This document shows, piece by piece, positions 13,023-25,354 of a stretch of 64,000 nucleotides of DNA (positions are counted from its first letter, which is position 1; the number at the start of each line of letters is the position of its first letter). Made by a program: the position numbers and the translations under genes. The DNA comes from Antedon mediterranea. Its lineage: Eukaryota > Animalia > Echinodermata. The notes under the pieces were generated by a model. That model was not told the origin of the DNA. It ran no database searches and saw nothing but the letters and a program-made list of their open reading frames with translations. The DNA lies in assembly GCF_964355755.1 (NCBI RefSeq), contig NC_092677.1:25531175-25595174 (forward strand), given 5' to 3'.

Positions 13023-13944
13023 GGCGCTAGTTCCGTTTCGCACCTGTTTTTATTTCGACTTCCTTTTGACTCCAAATTGTTAAGCAACTTATTGTGAATA
13101 CCACACCTTAAAATTGGGCCTCATAAGTACTTTTATGAAGAAGAATCACATAAAAAGTAACAAATAAATCCTTAAATTGATGATTTTACAGACATGTTTC
13201 TCGCATACCGTTCGCGAATTTAGAATAGGCCTACTCGAAGTTCAATATTTTCGTTTCTATGGAGCGCCAAAAGAGCAACAACAATAGATGGTTACAAACT
13301 CAGTGGAATGCGTCTTCTTATTATTTATTATTGAAATACACGTTTAATTTAAATATATTTTGTCAATAAAATGCTTTAACATTTTACTGCTAACAGTGCT
13401 GTTTTCAAATAGCAACCTACCCTAGGCCTAACTAATAGTAAGACTATAGACTAAGAGGAATATTATTTAGGCCTATGCCTAGATCAGGTATACCTCTACT
13501 CTACAGCATGCAGTACATGTAATATGATGATGAATTTGTCGATTTTCATTCCTAAAAGTTCCTGCAAAAACCATGTACAGTATCAACAGTAATATTTTTG
13601 TTGCATTGACATTGACAAAATATGATAAAATTGAACGTAATTTTCACCAATAAATGCATTAAATATACGCAATTTACTGAGTTTTTAGCCCTCTGTTATA
13701 ATTACTCTTTTGGCGCTCCATAGAAACAACAACATTGAACATGGAGTATGCGAAATTCACAAACCGATGTGCGAGAAACACGTCTGTAAATTCATAAATT
13801 TAAAGGATTTATTTTTTACTTTTTGTGTGATATCCTTCGTAAAAGTATTTTTGAGGCCTAATTCTAAGGTGTGGTACTCACGATAAAGCTACTTAACCAA
13901 TTTTGAGTCGAAATAAACGACAGGTGCGAAACGGGACTAGCGCC
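13023..13944. mobile_element. Long-TIR element with 8-bp TSD (MULE- or Merlin-like)
   Basis: Termini GGCGCTAG...CTAGCGCC, imperfect inverted arms of about 250 bp, and TSD AACCAGGT at 13015-13022 and 13945-13952. Confidence 0.8.
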
Positions 13945-14353
13945 AACCAGGTTTAGGTACAAATATACCTTCATCATCTGGAGATAATAAATACTCATTT
14001 TCAGAGTCAGAGTCGGCAATTACAGTATTTCTGCAATTGCTTCGTCCGCAGTAAGCACATTAGCGAGCTTTCGTTGTAGTACGGAAGTAGTTGAGTACGG
14101 TAATTTGAACCGAAATGTGATCCACGCATGCGCAGAAATTTGAGACTCACCGTAGCGTTAAATTTGAGAACGGTAGTGAGAAGAAATAGCGTCCTGTCTG
14201 AAACGTACATTCAGCCATAGAGTAAAGAATTCAGCTGTGTATTTTAATTATGGAGGACACGATGGAAGTAGTATCGTCAAGAATAAAGCAGTTTAATCAG
14301 TCGTTATTTTAACTTATTGTAATCAAACATGAACTAGGCTATAGCATTATTAA

Positions 14354-14978
14354 AGACCCCTTCCCTGCAATTTTGGACGTTTTTTGGAAAATAATACATA
14401 TATATCACTTTAAAAACATTAACCATGTCTTTCCTTGTCTTAAATGTACGTTTTATGGTAAATTATGATAAAAAGTGAGAAACAATGCACTACCTAAGTA
14501 GCTCGCGGCGATCGACCTCTCGTGGACGGTCTCAGGCCTAGCCTAGCTAGGCTTAGTTTTGTAGGCCTAGCTGGTAAACATCGGTAACGTACGAACATCG
14601 TACGCTAGCTATATACCTAGCCTGACGTTGTATAGTTGCTGCATTAATTATCTTTCTATTTTTGCCAGACTCCGTTGATACAAATTGGGGGAAACCCGGT
14701 ATTTTCGCTGAAAAGTTAGGAGTCTTCCATTTGTTTTGGCTTCACGATCGATCGAAAAGTGGGCGAATTACAGGTGAAAAACAACAATATCAATCCGCGC
14801 GCAATGCATTTTGGGATTTATAGCGGGCCGCTATAATTATTAAAATCGATTTATTTTTCACATTTTTAACCGTTTAAAGACGAAAAAAGTTATCGCAATA
14901 GGACCATATAGTATTATTTTTACATTAAATATAGTTTGTGATCTTAAATTAGATCTAAAAAACGTAGGGAATGGGGCT
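14354..14978. mobile_element. Kolobok-like non-autonomous element, copy 1
   Basis: TTAA|AGACCCCTTCCC...GGGAATGGGGCT. A highly similar second copy lies at 62651-63261. Confidence 0.7.
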
Positions 14979-15078
14979 TATGAATGTTCATTGTCAAGTT
15001 TCAAGTTTATTATTTCACACAATACAATACAATATAATACAGAAACATAAATTAATAAATACAATTGTGTGAGCAGGA

Positions 15079-17351
15079 TGTTGAATCCATTGTAACCTGG
15101 AATCGGGAATATATAGAAATAATAATACAGAAACTACGGAAATTAAAGAGCAAAGTGTGTTTTATTTATCATCTCACGAGGTTTCACCACAAAAAGAGAC
15201 CCGCGAATAATGACAGTATGGCACGTCAAATGTGCATTATATATGAGGGGATAACTTAACACCCCCACATCACCTCATAATCTTAAACCACTACAAAAAT
15301 AACACACAAAATTCAATACAACAATGTAACATTTTTAACATCAACTATTCTCCAAATAGAAATATTTTTAAATTTCTCTAGTTTAACCTTGGTGGCTGGT
15401 TTGGTTAAAATATCTGCCACCATGTCTTCTGTTGGACAATACTGGATATCTATTTGTCCATCTTTTAAGACATCCCTTATGAAATGATACCGTATATCTG
15501 TATGCTTAGACCTTTGTCTTTGCACTGGGTTTCTGCTTAATGCTATAGCACCTTGGTTATCACATGAAATATGAGCACATTTAAACTCATTTTTCATATT
15601 TGTCTTAAAATCACTAAGTACATTCTCATTTGTGGCTGCAATTAATATATCGTCAACCCATATTACAACAATTACTAAGTCATCTTTGTTGCGTTTTGTA
15701 TATACACAGTAGTCTGCTGGGTTTCTTTTAAAATCATTACTCTTCAAGTGGTTGTGCAGCAGCTGATTCCAATTTCGACCTGACTGTTTAAGCCCGTATA
15801 ATGACTTGTTCAATTTTAATACTAATTTTTCCCCATTTTCAGACTTAATTTTGTAACCTTCAGGTTGGCTTAAGTATATTTCGGTATCAATATCTGCATT
15901 TAAGTATACAGATTTCACATCCATCTGGTGGACTATAAGGTTATGTTGTACAGATATTTGCATTAATGTTCTAATTGAGGTCAAATTGGCTGTGGGCGAG
16001 AATGTCTCATGATAGTCTATGCCTTTTATTTGGTTAAAACCCTTGGCAACGCATCTTGCCTTGTACGTGTGATTACCCTCGGCCGATTCCTTTATAGCAA
16101 ATACCCATTTTCCGCCAATGAGGTGTTTGTCATTGGGTAATGTGACTATCTTAAAGGTGTTATTATCTTTCAATGATTGTAATTCTTCATCCATTGCCCT
16201 TTTCCAACTTTCTGAATATTGGGAATTTGTAGCTTCTGTATATGTTAAGGGAACATTTTGACATGACATATGATAGATCGAATCATCACTGTCAAATTCA
16301 GTCTCATACTCCTGTAGGTAATTGGGATACTTTCTCTCCCTTTGAGGGTACCTTCTGTGGGCATCATCAATATCTACCCCATTGTTGTCATTTTTCTCTA
16401 AGTTATCATAATTATTAACATTTGGGGTATTTTCATGTTCAATAATTTGGGATTCATTTGTGTTCTCATTATCCTCCAAGTTTACATTTGTTTCGTCACT
16501 TTCATCTGTCTGTGTTTGGCAGTGAAGATTCCAGCAAAAGACATCTACCCATTTCAAAAAGAGTGCGCCAATTACGTTCCGCGGTTCCATTTTGATGGGG
16601 TGAATTTGGAGATGAAAACTCATGTTTAATACCTCTATCTGTCATTAGGCTTTTGAAGTCAGAACTGACATATTCACCACCGTTATCAGTTCGCAAGCAC
16701 TTAACTTTGCCTATTGGGGCACAGTCAGAAAGAAATTGTTTGGTAGCTGCTGCAGCATCACTTTTCATTCTGAGGAAGTAAACAAAAACAAAACCAGAAT
16801 GGTCATCAGTAAATGATATGGCGTATTTGAATTCGTCTTTAGCCAATGGTGATATTGGCCCTGCCAGATCAGAATGTACTAAGGCTAATGGACAATTTGC
16901 CCTTTTGTCTGGTTCTCTATTTCTTACATTAACAAATTTACCTTCAGTGCATATGTTACATGTTTCCTTAACTTTACTACCTTTGATTTCCATGCCGTCC
17001 ACTACCTTTTCTAATTTTAGTACATCGTCAAAGTTACAATGTCCTAGGACTCTATGCCAATATTGTAAATCTTTAACAAGGCTTAATTTATCTACTTCTC
17101 TAGGTGCACTTGTGGTTGGTAAGTAGTATAGGTTGTCAATAATACTCATTTTGAATGTTCTTCCAGCATTAGTGATTGTGTTTTCTTCTTTACTAAGGGT
17201 TACTCTTGCTCCTGTTGTCGTTGCAGCTCTTACGCTCATTATGTTGTGTGGGTACGTTGGTATGTACAGGGCATTTTTTAAGACAGTTTCTACTTTCTCG
17301 TTGTTTTCATCTATCAGGTTTATGTGTGCATGTCCTCTCTTTACTGCAACA
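15079..17351 (-). mobile_element. Ty1/Copia LTR retrotransposon remnant (protease end, integrase, RT, RNase H, PPT, 3' LTR)
   Basis: Integrase: WHRVLGH, CNIC, HSDLAGP, LRTDNGGEY, QNGTAER. RT: YKARCVAKGF, HQMDVKS, KSLYGLKQSGRNW, WVDD. RNase H C-terminus: CDNQGAI, RSKH, ADILTK. Purine-rich tract at about 15262-15277 and a TG...CA LTR at 15261..15079 containing AATAAA. There are internal deletions and no gag or 5' LTR. Confidence 0.92.
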
Positions 17352-18230
17352 CCATTGACCTTGACATGCTATATTTCGATAATGACTGACTGAGATACTG
17401 AGGTAATGGTCTAATCTACCCATGGAATTAAGAGCTTTCCTGGGAATCAAGTAACTGTAATATCTTACATTTATTATATTATATTTAGAATATGAGTTCA
17501 AAAACGAATATAATAATAATTTTAAATTTATAATTACGGTATAGCAGCAGTTGATTGGATATTGTGCATGTATTTAGTACGGCATCCTAAACAACTGTTC
17601 CAACTTCGTCTTCATTATCGTCATCAATCTCTCTATCTACGTTGTTCCATTCTTCTAGTTGACTCACTCAACAAACTGAAGCACATGCCAATCCATAGCA
17701 TCTACAACTGCAACATACAGTTTTACATCCAGTAGTACAGTTACAATGGATGATTTTCAAAAGTTCTTCTGAAGCAGCAGTTTCAATCGTCATTATTGGC
17801 ACAAATGTTTTATTAAAAACTTCCCCGACTTGGCAGCATCCATGGTACAGTATTATCTTTCTTTATTCATTGCATGATTTGATAGTATACTCTAAGACTG
17901 TGACATTTTGTAGCAGATGAGGTTGGTGGTAGTAGTTGTTGAGGTTTGATAAATTATTTACCCTCAGCAACTTTCTTATTAAACAGCTTGCATCTGTAGC
18001 TATTTAGGAAATCCAGTGACTTGGCTCCAAAAAGAATAGACATGGCCTTTAATCCAAACTCCTCGATAGTTTGAAGTTTCTGATGCGATTGAGTGAAAAT
18101 ATCGGCACGCATCAGTGTCATATTCTAGGTTACTTTCTATCAATTTATTGGTTTATTTGCCTTCCTAAAGATGTCTTTGGCTTCGAAGAGTGAGGGTGGA
18201 AACGGACTTAGTTCATATTTCATTACATCG
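17351..18230 (-). mobile_element. Academ (AcademX-like) transposon 3' fragment, inverted copy
   Basis: Reverse complement of about 18905-19564 (Cys-rich C-terminus and 3' flank), plus a KYELSPFPPSLF segment at about 18150-18220. Degenerate. Confidence 0.7.
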
Positions 18231-18369
18231 TCTAGAGAGATTTGTCCTAACTGAATTTGATGGAAAGAAAGAAGAATTCCTGTCAAGGCATGAGAACAAA
18301 CACAAATTTATCAACGTGCTTTCATATGAGCTACAGAAAAAAGAATGTCCTGTACGACATGCAGCCAAC

Positions 18370-18607
18370 GAGTTATGGTTATGATGCTTGGCTACCACTC
18401 CAAGGGTCCTGAGTTCAAGTCCCGTCACATGTCAGGATTTTTTCTAAGGACCAAATTACTCCACTCCCAAAGACTTGTAATAAGACTTTGTTTTGTAGAG
18501 CATCTTGTGTATATGTTTGTCTTGTGAACCTCTGAGGGTCCCTAATGATCAGCAATAGCTGCGTGGATCACCCTCATTAAATATGGTTTAAAAAAAACAA
18601 AAAAAAC
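18370..18607 (+). mobile_element. tRNA-derived SINE inserted into the Academ ORF
   Basis: B-box-like GAGTTCAAGTCC and an A-rich tail. It splits the reading frame between HAAN and ADVDI. Confidence 0.7.
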
Positions 18608-19619
18608 AATGCCGATGTTGACATTGCTCTGGCAACAGTTGAAGTCTCTGAACATAATACAGTAACTTTGATTGGAGAAGACACGGACTTACTGGTACTT
18701 TTACTGTATCATGTAAATACAACAAACCGAGAAGTGTATTTCAGATTAGACAAAGGAAAAGATGGGCCTACTAGAGTGATTAATGTAACCAGATTGAAAT
18801 CTGTTTTAGGATATAAAATGTGAAATGCATTACCCATAGTGCATGCATTCACTGGTTGTGATTCGACGTCTAGGATTTTCGGAATCGGCAAGAAAGCGGC
18901 ATTTAATAAATTGATTGAAAGTAACCCAGAATATGACATGTGTGCGCGCCGATATTTTCACTCAACCGCATCAGAAACTTTAAACTATCGAGGAGTTTGG
19001 ACTGAAGGACATGTCTATTCTTTTTGGAGCGAAGTCACTGGATTCCCTGAATAGCTACAGATGCAAGCTATTTAATAAAAAAGTTGTTGAGGGTAAATCA
19101 TTTATCAAACCTAGCCTCAACAACTACCACCAACGTCATCTGCTACAGAATGTCAGTCAAATCATGCAATGGCTATAGAAAGATAATACCATGGATGCTA
19201 CCAAGTGGGGATGGAAAGTTTGTAATGAAACTGCTGCTCCAGAAGAACTTTGAAAATCATCCATTGTAACTACTGGATGTATGTTGCAGTTGTAGACGCT
19301 ATGGATTGGCATGTACTTCAGTTTGTGGAGTGTGTCAACTAGAAGAATGGGACAACGTAGATAGAGAGATTGATGACGATGATGAAGACGAAGTTGGAAC
19401 AGTTGTTTAAGATGCCGTACTAAATACATGCACAATATCTAATCAATTGCTGCTATACCGTAATTAGAAATTTAAAAGTTATAATTATATTCTGAACAAA
19501 TTGAGCCATAAATGGTGTATCTCAGTCAGTCATTATCGAAATATAGCATATCAAGGTCAATGGTCAAACATGTCGTTTCTGGTCATTTTCTGTCAAACTG
19601 TTTCATTAGAGTAAATATA

Positions 19620-21255
19620 AATGTGACCCGATCTCGCAAAACCCTCTCTTTGTCGGCAATTCAAAATTCACGTAATCAGTCAAAATACGTCCAATTCGAC
19701 TACCCTGGCAGATTACATGTTTTTGCATTTTCGAAATATTTCACTATTTAAGAATACGTCTACCTGATTTAAACTCCCGAAATTTATTTAAAATTATGAA
19801 AAAAAAACGTTTTAAAAACATGTATTTTCCTCAAGCCTAAAAATTTATTCACGATCTACGCTAAAATTTAGCGTAAATTCAGTTGAAAGTTGCCGAGTTT
19901 GACGACATTTTGATCGCCAGTTCGCTGCACAATGTTGAAAGGTCACGCATCAAAATAAAGCTCATCCATTTGACATTCCAAATATGGAAGTTTTAGGGCG
20001 GAGTTTAAAGAAGGAACCAATGAAATCTTTGATTTACTATGACATCATTTCAGAAAATTCGGTTCTTCGAAGTTTCTGGAACAGCGAACTGCGTGTGTTG
20101 CTATGGCGCATCATCGCAATAACAAACGTTATTGGTCAACGCGCTAGATTTCATACGCTCTACGCGCGGAAATAAAAAGTTGTTTACATTTTTGTGAGGT
20201 TATTTTCATTTTACACACAGCATGTCGTAAATTGGAATAAAAACGATTTTAATATTCAAAGTAAAGTGTTCGGCGTGTTCTGCAATAGCTGTAGCCTGTA
20301 TTTGTTTATTCCATAGTAAAATAGACAAGTCAAAAACAATTCACGTCATAAATTAAATTGTATTTTCTATATTTTTTTGGGCTAGGCCTTAATTTTATTA
20401 TGGTTGTATGCCTACTACTACTGGGCCTAGCTTAATTGTCAATAATAGTTTTCTTTATACATTTTATATATCCAATCGGCTCTTAATTATTTAATTTATT
20501 GTCCAGTCCAGTAAATGTTTTTTTTTTAATCATTGGATTCAAGTCCAAACATTACAGCGAATCTTCCACGTTATAAAAAAAAATAAATGTATTAAATCGT
20601 CAATACAATCTTAGTAGCTAGCAAGTTGTGACTCTGCAAGGCGCCAAACTTGTCTAGGCTAGTTTACTACTAACGCCGGCCCAGTGTCGATGCACCGCTG
20701 CCATACACGGCTTGATGAACACCCATCAGTAAAGTCTTAACAGGCGATGACGGCAAAAATCTGAATAGGCTTAGCTAGGCCTAGGCCTGCTTGGTTTTTC
20801 GCTGTTGATATCGTAAACACCTACGAAACCAGTTAAAATAAGCTTGACGTTATAATGCTGCTTTTCAATAGTGCAAAATAGTTAATTCGAGTGACTAAAT
20901 AGGTTAAAACGGGGTCTGAAATCAGTCAAATTGACTATGATGTGCACGCTGCTATTATCGCACACACTTCCTGGTATGACGTCATTGTGCCTTAGACCAA
21001 AATACCGCGTTGCTACGGAGTGAGTTTTCAGCGCGTATCAAAAAGAATTTCATTGCAAACTTCAAACGCGATTTTCTCGTAAACTAATTGAATGATTTGT
21101 AAGTTTTTAAAATGTAATAACTTTTTAAATATTTACTCAATTTTTATGAAATTAACACCACTACAAAGCTTATGATTAAAATAATCCAAATATATAAAAA
21201 AATACAAAATGAATATTTCCGACAAAAGTAGGGTTTTGCCAGATCGGGTCACAAA
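19620..21255. mobile_element. TIR element (TGTGACCCGATCT.GCAAAACCCT ends), superfamily unassigned
   Basis: Inverted termini of about 25 bp at about 19622-19645 and 21230-21253, in an AT-rich target within the Academ 3' region. No ORF. Confidence 0.75.
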
Positions 21256-21871
21256 TAAGTATATTCTCAGTATTTAGAGCCCAATTTTAAATCTCTACCA
21301 CACATAGTTGCCGAGATATGAAAATTCTACATAGATAAAGGTTAAAGGTCAATAACCTTTACTTCTAACCATTTTTTGACAAAATGTCTCATTACAATAA
21401 ATGTAAATATGTACATTCTGAACAATTTGAGCCATCATTTGTTTACCTACGGTCAGTGGTTACCAAGATACAACATATCAAGGTCAAAGGTCAAATTGTC
21501 AGAAATGGTATTTCCGGTCAATTTTGGCCAAAATGTTCTATTATAGCGAATATAAATATGTAGGTTCTGAGTATGTTGGTACCAAAATTATATCAATAGA
21601 CCAAGTAGTTTAGGAGGTATGGCCATTTTCACTTTTTATCTATTTTGGCGGCCATCTTGAAAAAACCCACTTTCCGGGGGTCGAAATTCTTGAGACTTTT
21701 TTTCTGTTGTTTAGTACACCTAATACTACCAAAATCCGTTGAAATACCTTTTGTTGCAATTTTTTTGAGGTGAAACCTTATTTCTACTCTACTAAGACGG
21801 AGATTTCCGTCTTTGGCGGTGAAAGTGTTAATAGTGTAAACAGAGCTTTATTCTTCTAAATCGGAAGATAC

Positions 21872-21957
21872 CTTATTTCCTATAACACGACGCTTTAGGA
21901 TTAAGTTCAATTAATAAACGTTTTCAACTTTTATCCATGTCTTTAGCATCATACAAT
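21872..21957 (-). other. Probable upstream exon of sulfotransferase gene 2 (basic cytoplasmic tail LILKRRVIGNK)
   Basis: Acceptor TCCACAG, donor AAG|GTATCT. It joins the transmembrane exon in phase 0. In the 8146-9260 copy this exon lies only about 160 bp from the transmembrane exon. Confidence 0.55.
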
Positions 21958-22642
21958 CTGTGGATATTTTAAACTATATTTTAAATTTGTTCACGGGCAT
22001 CTTTACAATTTGTATGTAGTGTAATAAATTACAGGTAGTAGGCCTATCGGTTTGAGGCAAAAATAAACGAAAAATACAATTGTGAGGAATTCCGCAATGA
22101 GGCTGTTTCGGAATAAATTCGAATACAGCATTCATGCCTGTTGTATTAGGTTGTTCCGGTCTACTACCAGGTAATCACGGACAGGTACATACATACAAGC
22201 AGCCAAAACGTCTAGAAGCCTTTGTTGGCCAAAATAAGTCTGTAAATATGATAATATCTCTATTATGCATGATTGAGTCTTAATTTATTATCAATGGACC
22301 AGGTGCTTAGATATTCTAATTTTTTTAACGAGCATGGATATGTATTCATTCCAGGCCTAGATACTGTACGTTGTTTTGTTAAAAACTTGAATGAACTTGG
22401 TAAAGGTGAATTTTTGTTGTTATTGTTTGAGACTTTTTCACTTGTATGTTTGTTAAAGCACGTCAGCATGTGTGAAGGCTTATATATTTGATTTACAGAA
22501 TAACATTTTACTTGTAATGTATCACTTGTATTCGTGAAACACTATAGTAGTACGTAAATAATCTTATCTTATCATACATACCGGCCAGCTAATGTTGATA
22601 TTTTTCATCTTTTTATGGGTAGACCTAGATAAGCTGGAGTAC

Positions 22643-23942
22643 CAGGGGCGGATCCAGGATTTTGAAATAGGGGGGGGGCGTATGTTTGCGAGCGAAGCGA
22701 GCAAACACTGGCTGGGGGCCAGGGGGCCGCCAAGGGCCCCCGGTCGGGGTCCAGAATTTTGGCGTTCTAGCGCATTGTAAGTCGTTTAAAACGATTTACA
22801 AACAATTCATATTCATAATGTCATTTACCAAACGCTCTAAAGCTCGCAAATTACGACATGTGGAACATGCAGCTGATACTTACCTAAGGTACCAAAGCAA
22901 GCTAACAACTTGCCTGTACTTTACATCTAAATTTTTACAACGCGACGATGTTTTTCAGCTTTTATATAAGCATAAACTTGTCCTAGCCTAGGCCGGTATT
23001 ATTTTCTTACACGCGCGCCGGGTCGATCGCGGTGACGTCTACTTCTTCGCATCCATCATCCATGCAGCTAAAGTAAAATGACGTCACGTTAAAGCGGGTC
23101 ATCACAGAGTCTCATGCATATTAATGAAGCAAACTTGCTGAGAGTGTTTTCCACCACCACGCAACAACACATGCGACGCGAGATTTATCGAAACTCCGAG
23201 CCATCGACTGACGATCATGTTTTTGACAATAAAAATCACGGCATATTCAACGACCTGGTTTAAACGATCGTTTAAAAATTAGCGGTCCGGCTCGATCATC
23301 ATTACATTATATTTAGTGATTTGAAAAAAACAAAACACCCCTTTTGTCATCGCGATTTGTTTATGAGACTCATCGACGGAAAAGCAAATAAAACACTACA
23401 AGGCCCGGTCATGAAATGCTGCATGCAGCATTGTTAATATTTTAATAGTAATATGTTTTAATAAAATATAGGCCTAACGGGATAATTTTCATAGGCACTA
23501 CAGTCCTAGCCTTTGTTTTTATTGTATTTAATAAATGGGCGCGTAGTGTAGCACTGACCATGTGACTTCATAAACTCTATTGATCGTCGGAGGTACGTAC
23601 CGCTACTCTACAACGGGAGTGACGATCACAAAGGATGCCGACCTGCTTAGTAAAACGCGACCAAGCTCACCACGTGGCTTTTATCAACTTGCTCCTTTTA
23701 GTTTTACACTTAACTGTGAATGATCGTTGGTAAATTGATAGTACACAAAGGATGTTGACGTACATACTTGGTGAAATGCGATCAAGCTGACGATGTGCTC
23801 CGACGTACTATTTTCACTATGAAAATGACCGTCGAAACGATACGTGTTTTTAAAATCTATTTAATTTAAAAAAAAAAAAAAAAAATCTTTAAAAAATAGG
23901 GGGGACGTACGCCCCACACGCCCCCCGCTAGATCCGCCACTG
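22643..23942. mobile_element. hAT-like (hAT5-type) non-autonomous element
   Basis: CAGGGGCGGATCCAG ... CTAGATCCGCCACTG with a 5-bp duplication AGTAC. Confidence 0.78.
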
Positions 23943-25354
23943 AGTACTGTACCTTTAAAATAATAATTATCTTCTAGACTTCTTTTACCGGAAAACTTAC
24001 TCCGTTACCATTTCATTGCCAGGAATTCTTCTAATTAATTGAAATATTTTAACGACAGTATATTCAAATGAGGCAAATGTGACCGAGGAAGAATAACCTA
24101 CCGTGTCAAATGTTCATTAAATCATGGTAGATACAAAGGCGCATAGAAGACAATCTCACTGCTGAGTAGGAAAGCATTGAAATTTTAATTTATTGTATAA
24201 AGGACAATTTTAGTAGTATAGTTTTTCCTTTTTGGGAATTCGCATTCATTTCGGCATAATTTACATACATTGAACAAAGTTTATTGTAAAGAATATCTCG
24301 ACACAATTCTAACCAGGTTTTAACAAATTAATGGAAACCGAAATTAGCTCGACTGCTTTTCCTACCAGCAAAGAATAAGATGCAATCCAAAGATACAAAA
24401 AATATATAATAATAAACAACTCTAACTTATGCTACATTTTGCAAATTGTAGAATTACTAAATTTATTTTTAAAAAGTAATAAGAAAAGCTTTTATTGTGG
24501 CCATGTATATCAATGAATTAGTTAGAATAATATTAATATACCGCTTACACACAAAAATATGTTTAAAAAAATATTCAAAAATTGATATGAATAGCCTGAA
24601 GAACCAAAATTATAATCCAGAATAAACGCGTCATGTTTGAATCTGGTTAGTTACCTATGGAATGCCATCAAACTTCAATTCTATTCGGCTCTTTTAGCAA
24701 TCGGCGCTCAATATTTACCGGCTACATCACGTCATATTCAGTGGAGCCAATTATTATGCTTACAAAGTTTATAGTGTTATCAGTAGTATTATGGCACCCT
24801 TTAGATTATTATCATAGTTTGGAAAGTATATAATAAATAGTGTTGCCCGAAAGCTCTGCTATTCTTTCTGGCTGTTTTACTTTATCGTTTTGATTTAGCT
24901 TTCTCTTATTGTGTTTTGTATCGCCATTGAAATCCAGCCACTGATACCCACAGGATTGTCATTATTTTCAGTAATTTGCCTTTGGATTTATAATAAAGAC
25001 GAAGAAAGACACACAACAAGTTCAATGAAGTGTTCCACATTTTGCAGAAATATCACAAGACGCCATCTATCGTTGTGTTAATATTCAAAGTGAATGAACA
25101 GAAGTAGGCCTAGATGTGAAAGTTTTAAATCATATATTTAAATTATAGGCATCAACAGGTTTTAGTTCCCGTCCGGTAAGATTGGCCATTGCTAACCATT
25201 TCATAATCTGTATTTTTTAGTTGCGTTTAATAGAGGTAAATGACCAATGACGTAAAGTAATAATTCATAAAGTGAATTAATTAGGTATAAAATCACAACA
25301 AACTGTTTGGGGGCGCTAAAATGTTTATACACAGTGAGTGCCTGCCTTCTCTGT

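Larger units (their letters stand above)
18231..21794 (+). mobile_element. Academ (AcademX-like) transposon 3' part with XPG/PIN-like and Cys-rich domains, interrupted
   Basis: Motifs KEEFLSRHENK, ADVDI, GEDTDLLVLL, HAFTGCDSTSRIFGIGK and LPPTS, followed by Cys-cluster remnants. It ends ...TTTCTACTCTACTA (TAG/CTA terminus) and has AAGGTCAA subterminal repeats. Stops and frameshifts are present. Confidence 0.75.
12636..21827. mobile_element. piggyBac-like non-autonomous element, 9.2 kb including nested insertions
   Basis: TTAA at 12632-12635 and 21828-21831, with 14-bp TIR CACTTTCACCGCCA / TGGCGGTGAAAGTG. It splits a family-A MITE whose uninterrupted copy is visible at 8782-8886. Confidence 0.88.

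Noticed and set aside
21862-21871. GTATCTTCC donor as a second U12 intron
   Set aside because: The match is weak and there is no clear U12 branch motif near the 12516 acceptor.
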